A stretch of DNA of 64,000 nt from Strigamia acuminata (lineage: Eukaryota): assembly GCA_949358305.1 (NCBI GenBank), contig OX442314.1:22940001-23004000 (forward strand), read 5' to 3'. A program made the position numbers and the translations under genes. This document shows, one piece after another, positions 25,201-40,200 of this stretch (its first letter is position 1; every line of letters begins with the position of its first letter). Below the pieces are notes generated by a model. It was not told the DNA's origin. It worked only from the letters and a program-made list of their open reading frames with translations, and searched no databases.

Positions 25201-28200
25201 ATACCACTAAAACTGAATTACTGTAAGTACTTTCTGAAAATTTTTGGAAATTTTGAAAAAAAACAACAAGGGCACGGCACTAACATCGAAGTATGCCACT
25301 AAAAGTAAAATTTGCTATTTGGTGAATTTTAATAAACTATGTTCATAATAATTTTAATAGTGTATGCAAGTTGAACCCTTGATCATCATTAAACCTTCTG
25401 AATTCTCAATTTCATCATTGGTTGGTCCCAAACGACTAATTTTCTGAATAAATATCCGAATGTTCATTTGTCATATCCCAAATACAATTTTATATTATTT
25501 ATAATGATCCTAATTTACTTGTAGACATTTTAAAACCTCTTTAACCCTTTATTATTTATTTTAATGCATTTAATTGACATGCTATTAAAAATAAAAATAA
25601 CTTTTTTCAAAAATTCATATATGGATTTTTTTGTCGCATATTTAATGGCATGCTCTTAAAAATGCGTCTTAAGGTCAGTCGGGTCAAACTTGCTGTTTTA
25701 GAGGCATGACACTAAAAGCGCGTCAATACGGTAAACAAAATTGAAAGGTTGTTAATTCTTTACAATATTTACACATAATTTATATGTAATTTTAAATAAT
25801 CATTCTTTGATTTATCATTTGAAATGTCGCGTGCCATTTATCTTGAAGTGATTGAATATAAAAGAGAATCCATTAGTCGAAAAAAAAATACGTCTCAAGT
25901 TTTTTTTGTCATTCATGTCCGGATTTGTCGCAATGGATGTCATAGCGCTTTTTTTTTCTTTTTTTTTCTTTTTTTTTAATATCTGATTTCCGAGGAGAAG
26001 TGATGGTAATTTATTAGAAATCATTTCCTTTTATTGTTTTGGAGGAATGTGCAATATTTATCCGATTAGACTGACTAAGAAATGGAGTTGCTAGTCTATT
26101 GAGCTTTAGCTGAATGTGTAGCAGATGTCGCTGGATGTGATTTTGAATGAGGTTCAATTATTTGTGATTGCCGTACGATTAGGTCGATAGTCTCAAGATG
26201 TTGCGTGTCCATTAAGAAATGGCTGGCTCACACGGTTCAAACTTTACGGTGTAATGTAATTGGAAATGTAAAATATATGGCAGTTTAATTTCATAAAAAT
26301 TGGTTAAAATTAAATTTAAAAAAATAAATAAAAAATAAATAAATAACTTTTAGCAACTTTAAATGAATATTTCTATTTTATTTTTTAAATTAATTTTCTT
26401 TTATTTTGTATTGGGTTTTTGAAATTATCAATTCTAATCCACGCTACAAAAATATTGAGTTATTTATTCAAGAAGCACTGCGAGTCGAAAGTGCTGCTCA
26501 GCCCATTGGTGTCAGTTTCTACTGTCACAGCCACGTGACACCATTATAGTCTGTGATGTGACTATTAAACAAAATTAGTTCTCGTGTATTTTACGACTGT
26601 TTTAGTGTTGTTTCGCATAGTAAAAAAAAACTGTTGGACTAACAAACAATAGATAGTGCAGATGATGTATGATAATAGTAATAGGTTTGTGAATTGAAAC
26701 TTTTTGATCAATATTTAGAGGCTGTAGTTGTATAACCTATACTTACGGCGAGATACAAAATATAACTCTTGTTAGTTATTTAAAATAATCAATATACTCT
26801 AACCGGACTCAAAAATCAACAACAGTCCCATTAGTCGAGCCAGTTTACTACTAACTCCAGACTGTAAACTACTACCAAGAGAAGTAGTTTTGATTTTTAT
26901 TTATCTCTGTGATGGTTATGACTACTACAGTTAATGTAATTTTGATTTTTGTTATTATAAAATGTTATTTCAATCATTTAAATGAAGTTTTACGCATATA
27001 AAAATGACAAATTTATGTTTATGTTTATTGGTTACTACGTCTGGATAGTAAACAATTTTGAATTTTTGGCAGTTGCTTAGACGATCGATTACAATGTCTG
27101 TACATTGTAATGCAATTCTGGTGTTTGGGTCTACTTGTCCGGATGACTACACCAGTAAACTGGCTCGACCAATGGGACTGTTGTTGATTTTTGAGTCCGG
27201 TTAGAGTATAGAGGCGTTCAAATTGAGTATGCAAAATTTGCTTAAGTGATTTAAGTTGATTAAGGACATAAGGTCGTTTCGCTTCTGGGCATGGTGTTTT
27301 GCTACACTTTAAAGGAATTGCGACATAAAATATTCATTTCTGATGCTAAATAAATTGTTTACCAAGTCTAAAAGTTTCTTAAATGTTTTAGTTTTTCTAC
27401 AAAATTGAGTTTAAAATGCTGAGCTACTGTCTTACCCCGAATGTAATAGAATGGCGTTGTGTTCTTCTGAAATTTTGTAAACTGTCCATTACAGTGTCCC
27501 ATTACATTTTGTTTAATTAATGAATTTTCATTAATAAAATTAATCAAGCTTCATTCAAAGAAACATAACAGTGGTGTTTCATTCGCATATGACATTAACC
27601 TTCTGTTGTATTTGAATAAACGGTAGGTCTCCTCCTTAAAAAACCACAACACCGGAAATGGTGTCATCTCGATCTCAGGCACGTACTACACGAGTACAGC
27701 ATAAGCTGCCTTCAGAAACAAGATCAAAATTCAAAATTCGAATTTTGATATTTCTGACTGTTGCAGTTGCAACTAAAGAAATATCTACGCACACATGTCC
27801 AAACAGATAACAAATTGGCCCAAAATTGGGAGAAATCTGCTTAATCATCCTACCTGTTAGCATTTTATTATCAAATACTTATTTTATTTGCTAAATAATA
27901 ATCTTTTTTCCCTTTTAATCAATCAAACATACGTAGTTTGTTGGTTTCTTTTGGCAGGTAAACAAAGGTTTATATTTTTATTGGTTGTTTTGCCTAGTTA
28001 AGCTTAGATTACAATTCTGGTGTTATGGGCTAATTTTTTGTGCCACTACACTAGTGAGATGGCTCAACCAATAGGAGTTAGGACAACGTTGTGGTGGTTT
28101 TGAGTATACTCAGCTATGCACATGCGACGATAGTAGTAATAATATTTTACTTAATGCAATTATTTAAGCAAACTTAAAGAATTCACTTAATATTTTGCAT

Positions 28201-31200
28201 AATTCATCGTTACAAGGTCGCTAAATATTCTATATATTTATTTAGTTGGTAAATTAAAGTTAATTTGATGAAAACTTGAAGAATTAAACATCACAGCATT
28301 CAATTGAAACCGTTTAGAAGAGCGTAGAAAGCATTTTTCTCTTTCCACGCCACTTAACTTGTTTGTTTTTTAAGACAACTCTTAAAGCAAATGTATGAAA
28401 AGGAGTCTCCAGGGAATGGAGGGAACTCCAGGAAGAGAGCACTTTGTAATGCCATGAGTCTGCACATTCAGGTGCACTATACGACGAGGCCTCTCTCTCT
28501 CCAAGTTTGATCTCTTGTTGAGTAAACTTTTTCTTTTGTTTCATGTCTTTTTGAGGTTTGTTTGAATTTTTATTCTCACCAATGCGTATCTTGGGTCGTT
28601 TTGGTAGAGCGTCCCCACAGTGGTCCAGTTGAATTTTTTTAACAGTTCCACTCTAGGTGGATTGAAGTCGATTTCACTTGGAACCACGCGAAAGAAGTTG
28701 GGGTACTTGATCCACGAAAACATGGGATGGGTGTCAGCGTAGGACAACTGTAAATAAAAGGCGAGAAGGAATATTACAACGTGTACAAATACCAATCATC
28801 AATTTTCAAAGCAAGTGAGGATGATAATTTATTAAGATATTGATTTTGTAAGGAGAAAGGGAAACTTGGATAAATAATGTATAAATTTGCATAAATGTGA
28901 CGAGCAGTCACAAGTTTCTTGAAAAGATGGTAATTGGCAGGTGCTTTTATTGCTGCTTAGTTGTGACATTGTGTAGTCGCGAGTGTTGCGCTTTTAGGTT
29001 CATGTGATTAGGAAGTCGTTTTAGAGGCGTATTTTTGGATCTCTTCTGAGTAAAAATGGCAGCTCGGGGAAACGAGACGTAGATTGTGGTGCGAGTTTTG
29101 GTTCTTGGGCAAAATGTATTCCAAATAGAGATGTTCAGATTTAACAAAGAATACAAACAAACTTTGAATGCAATCACATTTGATATTTTACTTTTCTTTT
29201 CTTTTCAGTCAGTACGGTAGGAATGAAGAAAGATCTTTATACTGAAAGGCATAAAATACACAAACAATTCCGTCTCGAGACAGAAGGAAAAAGACCCGAC
29301 TCGTGCATTTTGTATAGGTCTCTTTTAGCTGGGTGCTTTTAAAACTAATGGCTTCAAAAGTGTCTTTAAACTCTTCGTGTTCGTCAACCCAAAGGTAGGT
29401 TTGAGCTTTCCTGTCATTAATAATGTCTAGACTGACGAATTCTGTAAAGTAAACCAGTATTGCATTATGGAACTGTACTACGCAATTTGTGGCAGGTACT
29501 ATTTCGATATGATGTTACGATAACCCTAAAGCCTAAAACTTTAGTGGAAAACTCATAAGTCGTAACACTAACGGTTGGTAAGCCAATCCAGTAGTTTTTC
29601 TCTATTTTACGTCACCCATGCCACTCAGCTGAAATGCAAATGACGATCAAATTAAATTGTTTCTATTTGCAAATAGACCATTGGAAAATTATGATATAAT
29701 GCAGTTTGGCTCCACCCACAATAAGAAAACTACAAGTTAACAATGTTATAATGTTATTTTGCGTAAATTTTCACGTTAATTTTTACTTTAATTTTTACGT
29801 AACTTTTCGATGTTTTTACGATGTAAAACAAGGATGTTAAACGTTTGTTCAAAGTTTTTGGACCTTTTCCAACGTTTAAACGTTTTTACGACCTTTTAAA
29901 ATGTTTTTCGGACCTTAAACATCGTTTTCGAACATTTTACCAGCACTTTTTAACATTTTTACATTGTTTTTCAACATTTTTACAAAGTTTATCAACATTT
30001 TTACAAAGTTTATCAACATTTTATAAAGTTTATTAACATTTTTACAAATATTTAAACATTTTACAAAGTTTATTAACATTTTTACAAAGTTTTTAAACAT
30101 TTTACAAAGTTTTTAAACATTTTACAAAGTTTTCAACATTTTCAACATTTTTTGCAACACCGGTCGCTATTGCGATCGTCGCTCTTTTCAGCGTCGCTCT
30201 TTTCAGCGTCGCTCTTTTCAGCGTCGCTCTTTTCAGCGTCGCTCTTTTCAGCGACCACTATTGTGGTGACGCTAATTTGCGCGCGCTCTTTTGAGCGTAG
30301 ATCTTTTGAGCGTAGTTCTTGTGAGCGTCGCTATTTTTACCCTTCATCTTATTTTGTAATAGAGGGGTGGGGGCAACCATTGTTGCAATCACATGATCGT
30401 ATCACCTGACCCCATTTTTCCAAAGGTCTATTCTCTGCCTCCTAGATGTGTGTGAATAACATCGTTACCGGTATTCTCATTTGGTCATTGGTTAATCTGC
30501 TAGTACGTATGCATTAGAACCGTAATGCAATAACAGGATTGTTTTGACGTAGCCTGTCACTTATAGTGTAATCGTATGTTTAAAACTAACTAGGCTTACT
30601 AGGGTTATACGTCAGCCACAAGAAAAGAGGACACTTCTTAAAATTTGAATTTATTGGTCTGTCCCCACTATTTAAATGTTCCAACAACCTAATTTTGGCA
30701 CCCATTTTCTTGGCTTGAAGGAGCATACTCCACCTCAAAGCCAAGAATTTTTTTTTTTACAGTTTAGTGACCACAAAATGGCATTTAAAATGATTTTATA
30801 TAACATGGAAAATAACAAAGAGGTCAGTTGTAGGGAAATAAATTCAAAAATGTTGTGGTTTAAACAGCAACTAAAAAAATCCGCTAAATCGCTCTGATTT
30901 TGAAAAAACGGAAATTTAAAATCCCCAGAAGAGGACTTCGAAAAAGTGCTCACGAAAAATACATATTTTACGCTTTTCAATACACTGTACTACAGAATTT
31001 ATAACAAAACTGGTCATACAGAGTAATTATAAAAAAAAAGTCCCTGCTTTAAACTACTCTACTTGCTATGCTGTGCTGACACAATGTGAGCTTACTTTAA
31101 GGCATACTCATCCAAGATCGGGGTCACGATCGAGTGTCAAGATGTGCAATATGTACGTTGTCTTGCACTAGCAGATGGCACTGTGCCAGAAGCAGAAACG

Positions 31201-34200
31201 TTCCTACCAAAATTCAGAAAAGCTTTACTAACGGTTAAGTTGAAGAACCACGGGCAGAAAATTTAAGTCTCAGTACAAAACAGATTTTGAATAAAATAAC
31301 AAATAGGTTAATGGATTAGGTTAACTTATATTTATATCACTTAAGGGTTCGAAATGTTGAAAATATACACAAAAAAAAAGTTTGAATCTAATAAAAGTGT
31401 CATTAGGGCATAAGGGGATTCTTATGTCTGTCTTCATTTACTCCCAGAGGGGCCTAGTCATACGTAGACACAGAAAATAAGAGTCACAATTCGGATGTTA
31501 ATTTAATAGTACAAGCTAAAATATTTAGTATGTTTTGTTGTGCTATGGACGTCTTACTGTCTTAGCAGGAAAGACAACCACTTGGGGAAAAAGTTGTTTC
31601 TAAGATAAAGAAATAGATTTCCAAAAGGATATTGAATTAAACTTGAGTTAGAGATATTAAAGTCTGTTGTTTGGTAACTAAATATTAAAGTTGTTTTGAA
31701 TTACATTATTGAATTTGAAATTCGGATGGGAGGGAATGGCGAATGTTTTTGAATTTGGACATTTGGCATTCAGTTTTCGAATGTGTAAGCTGGCATGCAG
31801 TTTGGAACAGGGATAGACAAATACCTTGAGGAGCGGGCCAGAAGTACCATCAGCCCAGGAGGGCCATTAGTCCATTAAGCTCATTAGTGCAGGAAGGTCA
31901 TTAGCCCAGGAGGGCCATTAGCTCAGGATGGCCATTGGTCCAACTTGACTTACGGTGCTTCAATTTTGAGTTTTGACACTCGATGAAACTTTAATAAATA
32001 TTAATATAAGTGGCGTAAGAGTTGCAAAAAGTTTTAAGTGGTTTCACAGATGAGTTACCGTAAAAATGTGTTGTTTTTTTTTTTAGTTAAAAGGTGGAAA
32101 AGTTGCATCAAAATAACTTCTTTATTAATGGATGATTGGTGGGCCATCTGGCAACTTTTAAATTACCATATTTTATCGATTAAGAGCTACGGCTCTTATT
32201 CAAAACCGTCATTTTTGTCAGCAATTACAATTTTGGTTTTTTGTTTGTTACATTTGTTTAATGTAACATTTGTTTAACGTAACAAACGAAGTCTGAACGT
32301 TACGAACGAAGCGTACGTTCATCGTTTGTGAAGTTAAATACGGAAACAATACCGTACTTTTGCAAAAATACGGTATTCTTGGTGTCTCAGCCGAGGGCGG
32401 CTACAATTCGAGGGCGACTCTTAATTGGTAAAATACGATACTTATATTAATTAATTTCCAAGGAGTGTTGAAACCAAAATTAGGTTTGCCCTTTTGGGCC
32501 ACCGTACTGCTGTATTCTTAATTTTGATAATAAGACATTGAATAAAGGAAGAAGACTCTAAGAAGCTGTGTCTTACATGACCGCAGCAGGCTCAAGCATT
32601 GACGTTAGCCTAGGAGGAAGAGCACTGGGGCGAAAAATCGATGTCTCTTGGTAAGGTTTAATAAACAGGTGGTGTTGAAAATGTGTCCCTATCACGTCAT
32701 TAACGCAACAGCTTGGAGCTTCGTATTAGTCTTGACGTCTTACTTTGTCTCTGCTTTTTAACCCTTGAGCAAAACAAAACACGGTCGATATTGTGCCTTT
32801 TTTATTTTCGATTTGCTGTGCAATGTTCTTTGGGGAAATGGATTTAAAACTAATTATTTGCAGAGGGATTTATTAAGTGACATTTTTACCTAAAGGCGAA
32901 GGGCGAGGAGGGAATTGGTTTTAAGACGGTTGTTTACTGTCGACAGTTTGCTAATCACTATAGTTTGGTTGGAGATTTATAAATCCCAAAACACAAAGTT
33001 GTGCTTGAAAAATGCAATAGTTTGAAATGATGCTGTTTTTGGTGAGATGGAAATGGCGAAGTGGCCCACTTTATCTCATCCTGGCGATAGGATTAAGTGA
33101 GCAATGAAACGGGTCTCGGATGAAGAATACGACAAAATAAAAACACTAGTTTAGTTTGGAGAGTCGTTTAGACGAGTGTAGGTGTGTTTGCACACGTTTA
33201 AAACAAACTTTTACGCAATTTATGTAGCCGAGTTTGAAAAGGCATTTAAGTGTGGTGTGAATTGCATTCGGGATTGTTTTATTTTATTGCTATTCTTGTT
33301 TTGTTGTTTCTCAAAAGGGAATGACGTTTTAAACCATTCATTAAAATGTTATTTATCGGCTTTGAAAAACGGCAAATCGATGAAAGCGATGAAAATTAAA
33401 TTATATTATATGGGAAATGGATCACCTGCTGATCGCCTGTTCCCATTAGAACAAACAAGCTAACAGTCGTACGGCGGTGGTAAATCTTTCTGGCCTGCAG
33501 CCGTGATTGGTCATTTTTGGCCGACTTTATTTTAACACACCTTTTTTACTAAAATTAGCCTCGTGTTGTGGTGCGCTACAAGACTAGTTTTTGTTGAAAT
33601 AACGCTGAACTTGATGCATTCGGTTAGCGTTTTGGGGTTTTTTTTTTAGTTTTTAAATTAAAAATACTTTTTTTTAAAAAAAATAAATAATTTATAATAA
33701 TTCTGATTACATTTTTATGAGGAATACAAAGTGGTTTCATGTGGTTTTTCCAAATGTTTTTTTTTTTAAAGAATTTTTTTTGTGGTTAATGAGGTCAAAT
33801 TGACCCCAGCATGCTGCGCAACTGTTAAGCAGCATTGAGGTCCTGGTCAGTACTTGGATGGTGATTTAGGTACTGTTTTTATGGCAAGAAAATTTGTGGT
33901 TTTCCTAGCTTTTAGTTCGAATACAAGGTTGGGTCCTTATAAAAGTCTGCCCGCAGATCGCACAAATCAATCTAAGGTGTACATAATAGGCCTCGGTGCC
34001 TGTGTATCAGAGAATAACATCGGGTACCCGTACCCGTAACCGTAACCGTACCCGCCCGTACCCGTAGGGTACAGGCGGGTACGGTTCTAGATCTCCCGCG
34101 ACTCCCGGTTACGGGTCGGGTACGGGTACGTTTTTTGTACGTTTGCAACGTTTAGTTTTATAATAATAACGTAATAAATTGATTTATTTAACCAATTTGG

Positions 34201-37200
34201 TTTATTTTTATGATGATGTTTTGATCAGCCTACCGTAGTTCATTGTAAAATCGCACCGCCATGAACAATGAACACGTAATCGCGGGTACGGGTAGGGTAG
34301 GGTAGGGGGATTCCGGGATAGCCCGGGTACGAGCGGGTACAAGTACGAAATTGTTTCGGTGACGGGTAACGGGCGGGTAACGGGTAAACTTTTTTCGCCA
34401 ATGTTATTCTCTGCTGTGTATGGATGGATTTGTGTTAGAAGAAAATATAGATAAAATAATAATAATATTAAATGCGCCTAAAGTGTTGAAAACTTGGCAA
34501 GTGTGCGTCTTAATTATTTACGTTAATGTTGCACTTACACTAGACACTATCAGCACTTGAAATGTCATTTAGACTAAACAACATTTAAACTAATTGACAT
34601 ACGGTTTTCTCAATCTAATCTAAAAAATGGTGTCTGATTTCAGCTGCAGTGAGAATGCACCCACATTTAAACATCAAAGCGTGTTTAGCTGCAATTCTAA
34701 ACACACTATCTAGCGTTTTGAAATTTATTGAAGATTAAATATGTACTCTGTATTTAGACTGGATTAAAGAGGATAAACCAGACTAGTGCAGCTGGTGATT
34801 GAATGTTGCGTCAACTTAATGATGGCATCACATTCATGTTTTAGTCAATCGATGTACACTTGTTCAATGATTTTTGTTTGCACACTTAAAGAAGCCTGTC
34901 ATTAATTATTAAATACATGAAAAGGTTAAAATTTCACACATTAATTTTGTTTTGTATTTGACATCACCAAAACTCCTTAAACGCCTAACGTAGGACTTTT
35001 TGAATACACCTATAGCACCTTACATATTTCAATTGCCGTGAAACCGTAAATCCAAACTGCTGAGTTTTTGTGTAAATATAGATTTAAACGTGTATGATTT
35101 ACCGTTACTCGTGACATTTCACATGTATAAGCTAAAGTTACACAGTGTGGTCTTTGTAAAATAAATCACGTGATTACATTTTTGGCAGACTGCCATCTTG
35201 GAAACTCAACCTCTACACCTCAGTGCCATGTACCACAGAAGCACTCGAAAACTTGTCATTCCAATATGTTGACACAGATGGTTTACACACACATTTTTCG
35301 AATAACTAAATTTTTATAATTTGGTCGAATACTTTTTTTTATTACAAAATCATGAGTTAAATAGTAGAGGCTTTCAATCTTAAAAGTATAAGTGCAGGAG
35401 TGGACAAAACTAAAATAATTCAGGAGCCAGCATATCTATCTTGCAAATACAGGCTAAGATATTCAGGCGCCAGGTTAAAATTTTCAAGCACCTTGGTGAC
35501 CAGGCGCTCGGTGTAGAAGTGACTTATTGAACACCTTTCAGGAAGTGACTTAAAAGTCATGCTTGAAAAGTCACTTTCACAACAGGCACGCACCCACTCT
35601 ATTTTCTGCCTTATAGAAGCGACTTACGCTTGATGAACACACTAAATATCGTGTTTCTTCTATTACATACAGTATATGAAACTTGCAATTTTCTATTCAG
35701 CAGAGTGGTTTTTATTACGAAGTACTTTGTCGTTTAAGAGGTATACCATACCAACTGTGGTTTTGTTAAATATTCACTAATTTTCATTGGTCGGTGGGTA
35801 ATTTACTGCTAGCTTCCTCAAGCAACCAAAGAAAAATCCCAATAACTTGTTCATTTCATTGACAGAGAACTGATATCACATTTCTTCAAATCTTGGAGTG
35901 TTCTTCACTCCAATGCATGTCACATGTTACTTGCTATTTTCTGACGCTGCCTTTCTGCATCAGCACCACCTGTATCTTAATTTGAATAAACTAGTCAGTT
36001 ATGTAAATCTCAACTACACCAACGGTCACGTTATTTTGCATGCTCCATTACAGTTTCAATACTTAGTCAAGACAGACGAATTCTAACGGCTAGTTTACGA
36101 TTCTGTAAAATTTAATGGTTGTGCTAATTTTTGCGCAAAGTTTTTGTTCACAATGCAGCAAAGAGAATTCAGATTTAAAAATTCAATTCATTTTTTCTTA
36201 ACAATTTACCCGCGAAATATTGCACATGCATGACCAATTTTTTGCACTTCGCGTGATTGCGAACTTAAATTTGCAGCATTGTTTAGTAGTCTTAAGACGC
36301 ACTTTTTTTCTGATATAAACATCTCTAAAAACGGGGTATGTCTTACAATCGATGCATCTTAGAATAGAAGAAATACGGCCCATCGTTTGCTTTAAGCCTC
36401 TAACTAACAATTACCGATAATTCACTTCGAGGATACATGTTTGTTGCTATAGGCCGTCATGTCTGTTGTTAATTCAAACTCATTTCCTGTAGGTGTGTTG
36501 TGATTGGCAAAGATGATCACCAATGCAGCCAGCCAATGAGAATAAGTGAATATAAGTAGTTAACTCGTCAATTTACATTTTTCACATGGCAGTCGTTGAG
36601 AAATTCCTTTGAATGTCTGATTTTCTTTACGCCTTTTATAGGCAGTAACTTAGAGCAATTTCCTTCGGCCCCTTTATGTAATCTTAGTTTTGACAACTTA
36701 TTCTACTTTACTAGCCAGCACCGTATGTTAGCAGTCGTTCTACTCCAATCTTGTGTGACTTAATTCCCATTCAACTGATTTATCCCGATTTCTCGCCTTT
36801 TAGATATTAGCTTTCCTACCACAATTTACAATATCAACGTTACAGCGAATGTTCTATCTGACAGCAGATTTCCCACTTGGAATAGGAAGAGCAAACCTGC
36901 GTGGTTTTACAAATGTATAGTTTTGCAAGAGAAAAAAATTATTTTAAAATGTTATAATGCTAGTCATTTATCACCACAAATAAACGATCAGTTTGAAAAA
37001 TGTGAGCTGGAGTTTAAAGGCTTTAAAAAAATATTTGAACTTGTCTTCTAATACTATTTATAGGGTAATTTTAAATTGGGTTGCTCTGATCAAATAATGG
37101 AAAGACTTGTTAGTTGCCAGGCATAGCTTAATGCTTTTGAAGGGTTTAATCTGATTGCTCTGTTAATTTGAAGGAATAAAAATAAAATTAAAGCTGTTGA

Positions 37201-40200
37201 TGAAGTACGGCAGGTGGTGACAAAAGAATGGAAAAATTTCCATTTTTTTTTTTACAGTATGAGATGGGATGTTTTTGACATTAAGTTATTTATGAAAATA
37301 GTGAGTTTTATTGGAAATTTGTGTTGGTATAAATTTAATTCTGCGGTTTTTACTTGTTTGTGACATCTTGTGGACATTTCACATTTGTAACTCGAAATGT
37401 TCGCATAACCACACATTTCCCACAACTCTTGATTCGGTGCTGGTGTCACGAGCAGTGATGTTAAGAGGCCAATTCAAGCTTCTTTTATTTTTTAACAGCA
37501 GCATATAACAATGTTATTTTAGACAATGATGGCAGACTACTGCACTCTTAAGACAAACTCAGAGTTTTGTGACGCAACTATTGTGAAATGTGAGTCTAAG
37601 TTTAGTAGGGGGTCAAATGAGGGATCTGGAAGAAACAGCTCAATTACTGCTTTTCTTTCTAACAAAGGATTTACTTCGTTTTTATTTGCCAATTTTCTAT
37701 ATACATTCCAGTCTGTTTTTATACTGTAGATACGTTCCAGAAAACACCATGTTAAAAAAAACTATGGCTGTATTCAAAAAGTCGTTTTATATACTCTTTC
37801 CGCACTCAAGAGGAGCCCTGGAAGCTGGGCTCCCATTGGCCAAGCCGTTTCACTTGAGTACTGATACAAAAAGAAGACCCAAAACAACAGACTTGTGCTG
37901 GCGTACAGACATTGTAAGGGGAGATCGGCTAAAATAACATGTGCTCTCCAGACACAGCAAGCAATAAAATGAAAAGAAATTCGTTTTAACTAAAAAAAAA
38001 CATAAAACTTTATTTCAAAGATAGAAAAAACATTTTATTACATAATAACAATCAATGTACATCATTTCAACCATAATTATTCACGAATAGACTAAAAATC
38101 ATAAGGAACTACTTTTCCTAGTAGCAGTAGTTCAACTGCAGTTCTGAGTGATTAAATAGGGCCAATGGGAGCCCAGCTTCCAGGGCGCCTCTTGAGTGCG
38201 GAAAGAGTATAGGTGTTTGTGTTTTTGTTTTGGGATGTTAAAAGATATAAAACACTAACCAAAAACATTTCAAATATGACTTTTTAAAAATCTTTGTAAA
38301 AAATGTGTTATATCAAAAGAAATTGTGTTAAAATGGAATTGAATTTATTTTTCCGGACCATGTTATATCAAAATCGTGTACAAAAAGACCGTGTAAAAAC
38401 AACTGGGTTTATTGTCAAAATAACTGCCAAGATGTTTTCATCTTGGCTTTTTGCTTTGCTCCATGGCTTTACTTTAGTTGTTCCAGTGTATTATTTGGTC
38501 ACATTAAAATCAGCAATGCATGACCCAGCTTTGATACGACTGTATAGTAATAAAGCCAGGGAAATGTGTGCAATTACATTGTTGTCATTTATGGATGAGC
38601 AATAGAGGATAAGATTATTTAAAAAAAAAAATTTATTCTAACTATCTGCTGAGTGCCGACGTACACATAGAGTTTATCACTGATTTGTTCCAGTGGTTCT
38701 TAAATCTCTGGAGCCCCTTTAGTTGCATAAAAAATTACAGTAGCTGCATTCAAAAATTAAAATAACAATTTTAGTTTAAGTGTATTTTAAGTTTTAACAT
38801 GGGTTTAAACAGGAAATGATGTCATTTTTGGTTTAAAATTGAAGTAAAACACAAAATATTTTAGTTTTTGAATGCAGCTAGTGTAAGATGTGTGGTTTTG
38901 ACAGCTGTGTCATTCAGACAGGGCTGCTGAGGTCCAATCATAATCAGTCTTTGTCCACACAAAAGATAAAGAATGTAGCTCTCCCAACCAGATGCTTACT
39001 GGACAGGACACAATTTTATGTCTTCAGTTGTATGTCTGGACCCCCACAGCTTACAATGTATATTGAGCCTCAGTGGCCTATTGTTTTTATTTGTTGCTTT
39101 GCATTTATCGAAGCTGGAGACAAGGGTATACAAGTATTATCACCTGTTGATGTCTGGTGTTTCGCCTAGTGGCAAAATACGAAATTACTCACAATTTCAA
39201 TTGCCAGCACAGAGTGCGGGTCCAGTTTTTTTTAACACAAATCTGTACAGTCATGGACAAAAAAAACTTACCTTCAGTTTAGCTGTTTTAAGTTTATCTA
39301 TCATTATTTGCCCGGTCTATCTTTTAGGGCAAGACGAGAACCCGGGTCAAGATTGATGTCATTGAATCTCAATGGATTTTTATGCCAATTGGTAGATAAA
39401 ATTAAAACAGCGAAACTGAAGGAAAGTTTTTTTTGTCCACGACTGTACATGTAATTTATCAGCTTAAAAATAAATTTATTATATAATACTTTTTGTTCAG
39501 ATCACACAGGAAGAGTGAGGGTAGTGGGGATTAATTCTTCAATCTACAGTTTGTGTCTGGGATCTCGCTGCCGAATTCAAATTACGCATCACATTCTGCA
39601 CATGCATTTAACATGGCGATTGTCAGGCTTGTTGCACACAAAGGGAATAAAGGAAACAATATTTCTGTGCTGTAGGTTGTTTTTGTAAATTGTGGTTTCT
39701 TTCCTTTATTTTTAGCATTAATAGGCTTAATATTTGGCTTGACAGTGATAAATAACGACTGGAGTTAGGAAATCATTTGCACAGAATGGGATGCGCCGTA
39801 TGAATTTGGCATCAAGATACTGGGTGCAAACTGTAGACGTCTCCCTGGAGCACAGTTTGAAAAACATTGTGTTAGACCAACAACTCTTGTCCTTATTTTC
39901 ATTATTAAAAAGCTTTGTTAAAGCCGCACAAACAGAACTCACTTTGGACTGGTCATTTCTCAAAGGTCAGAGCTGAAAACAAGAACATACCATAACAGCT
40001 TTCATTCAATACAATCACGTCAGCAGTAGGAACATTTATCATGATACGTACAGTGGAACATTGTGTAAAAAAAACCACAGCAAAATTCAAGATAGAGCAG
40101 AGGCTCATTAGCTTTACTCACTTGACAGATAATATGTGTTAAATGATGTTACTGGGAAGTATGAACACAAATACACTAAACATAGCGTAAAACGCCATTG

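Larger units (their letters stand above)
29672..30432. mobile_element. Second copy of the AATAGACC TIR element (opposite orientation), containing tandem arrays
   Basis: aatagaccattggaaaatt ... atttttccaaaggtctatt. Shares both subterminal regions with 13902-19273. Confidence 0.8.

Noticed and set aside
28314..28544. Possible LINE RT C-terminal remnant (SWSSL...)
   Set aside because: The resemblance is too weak to support.
29845..30409. Repetitive ORFs (KMLINFV and SLFSA repeats)
   Set aside because: Translations of the 21-bp and 15-bp tandem repeats.
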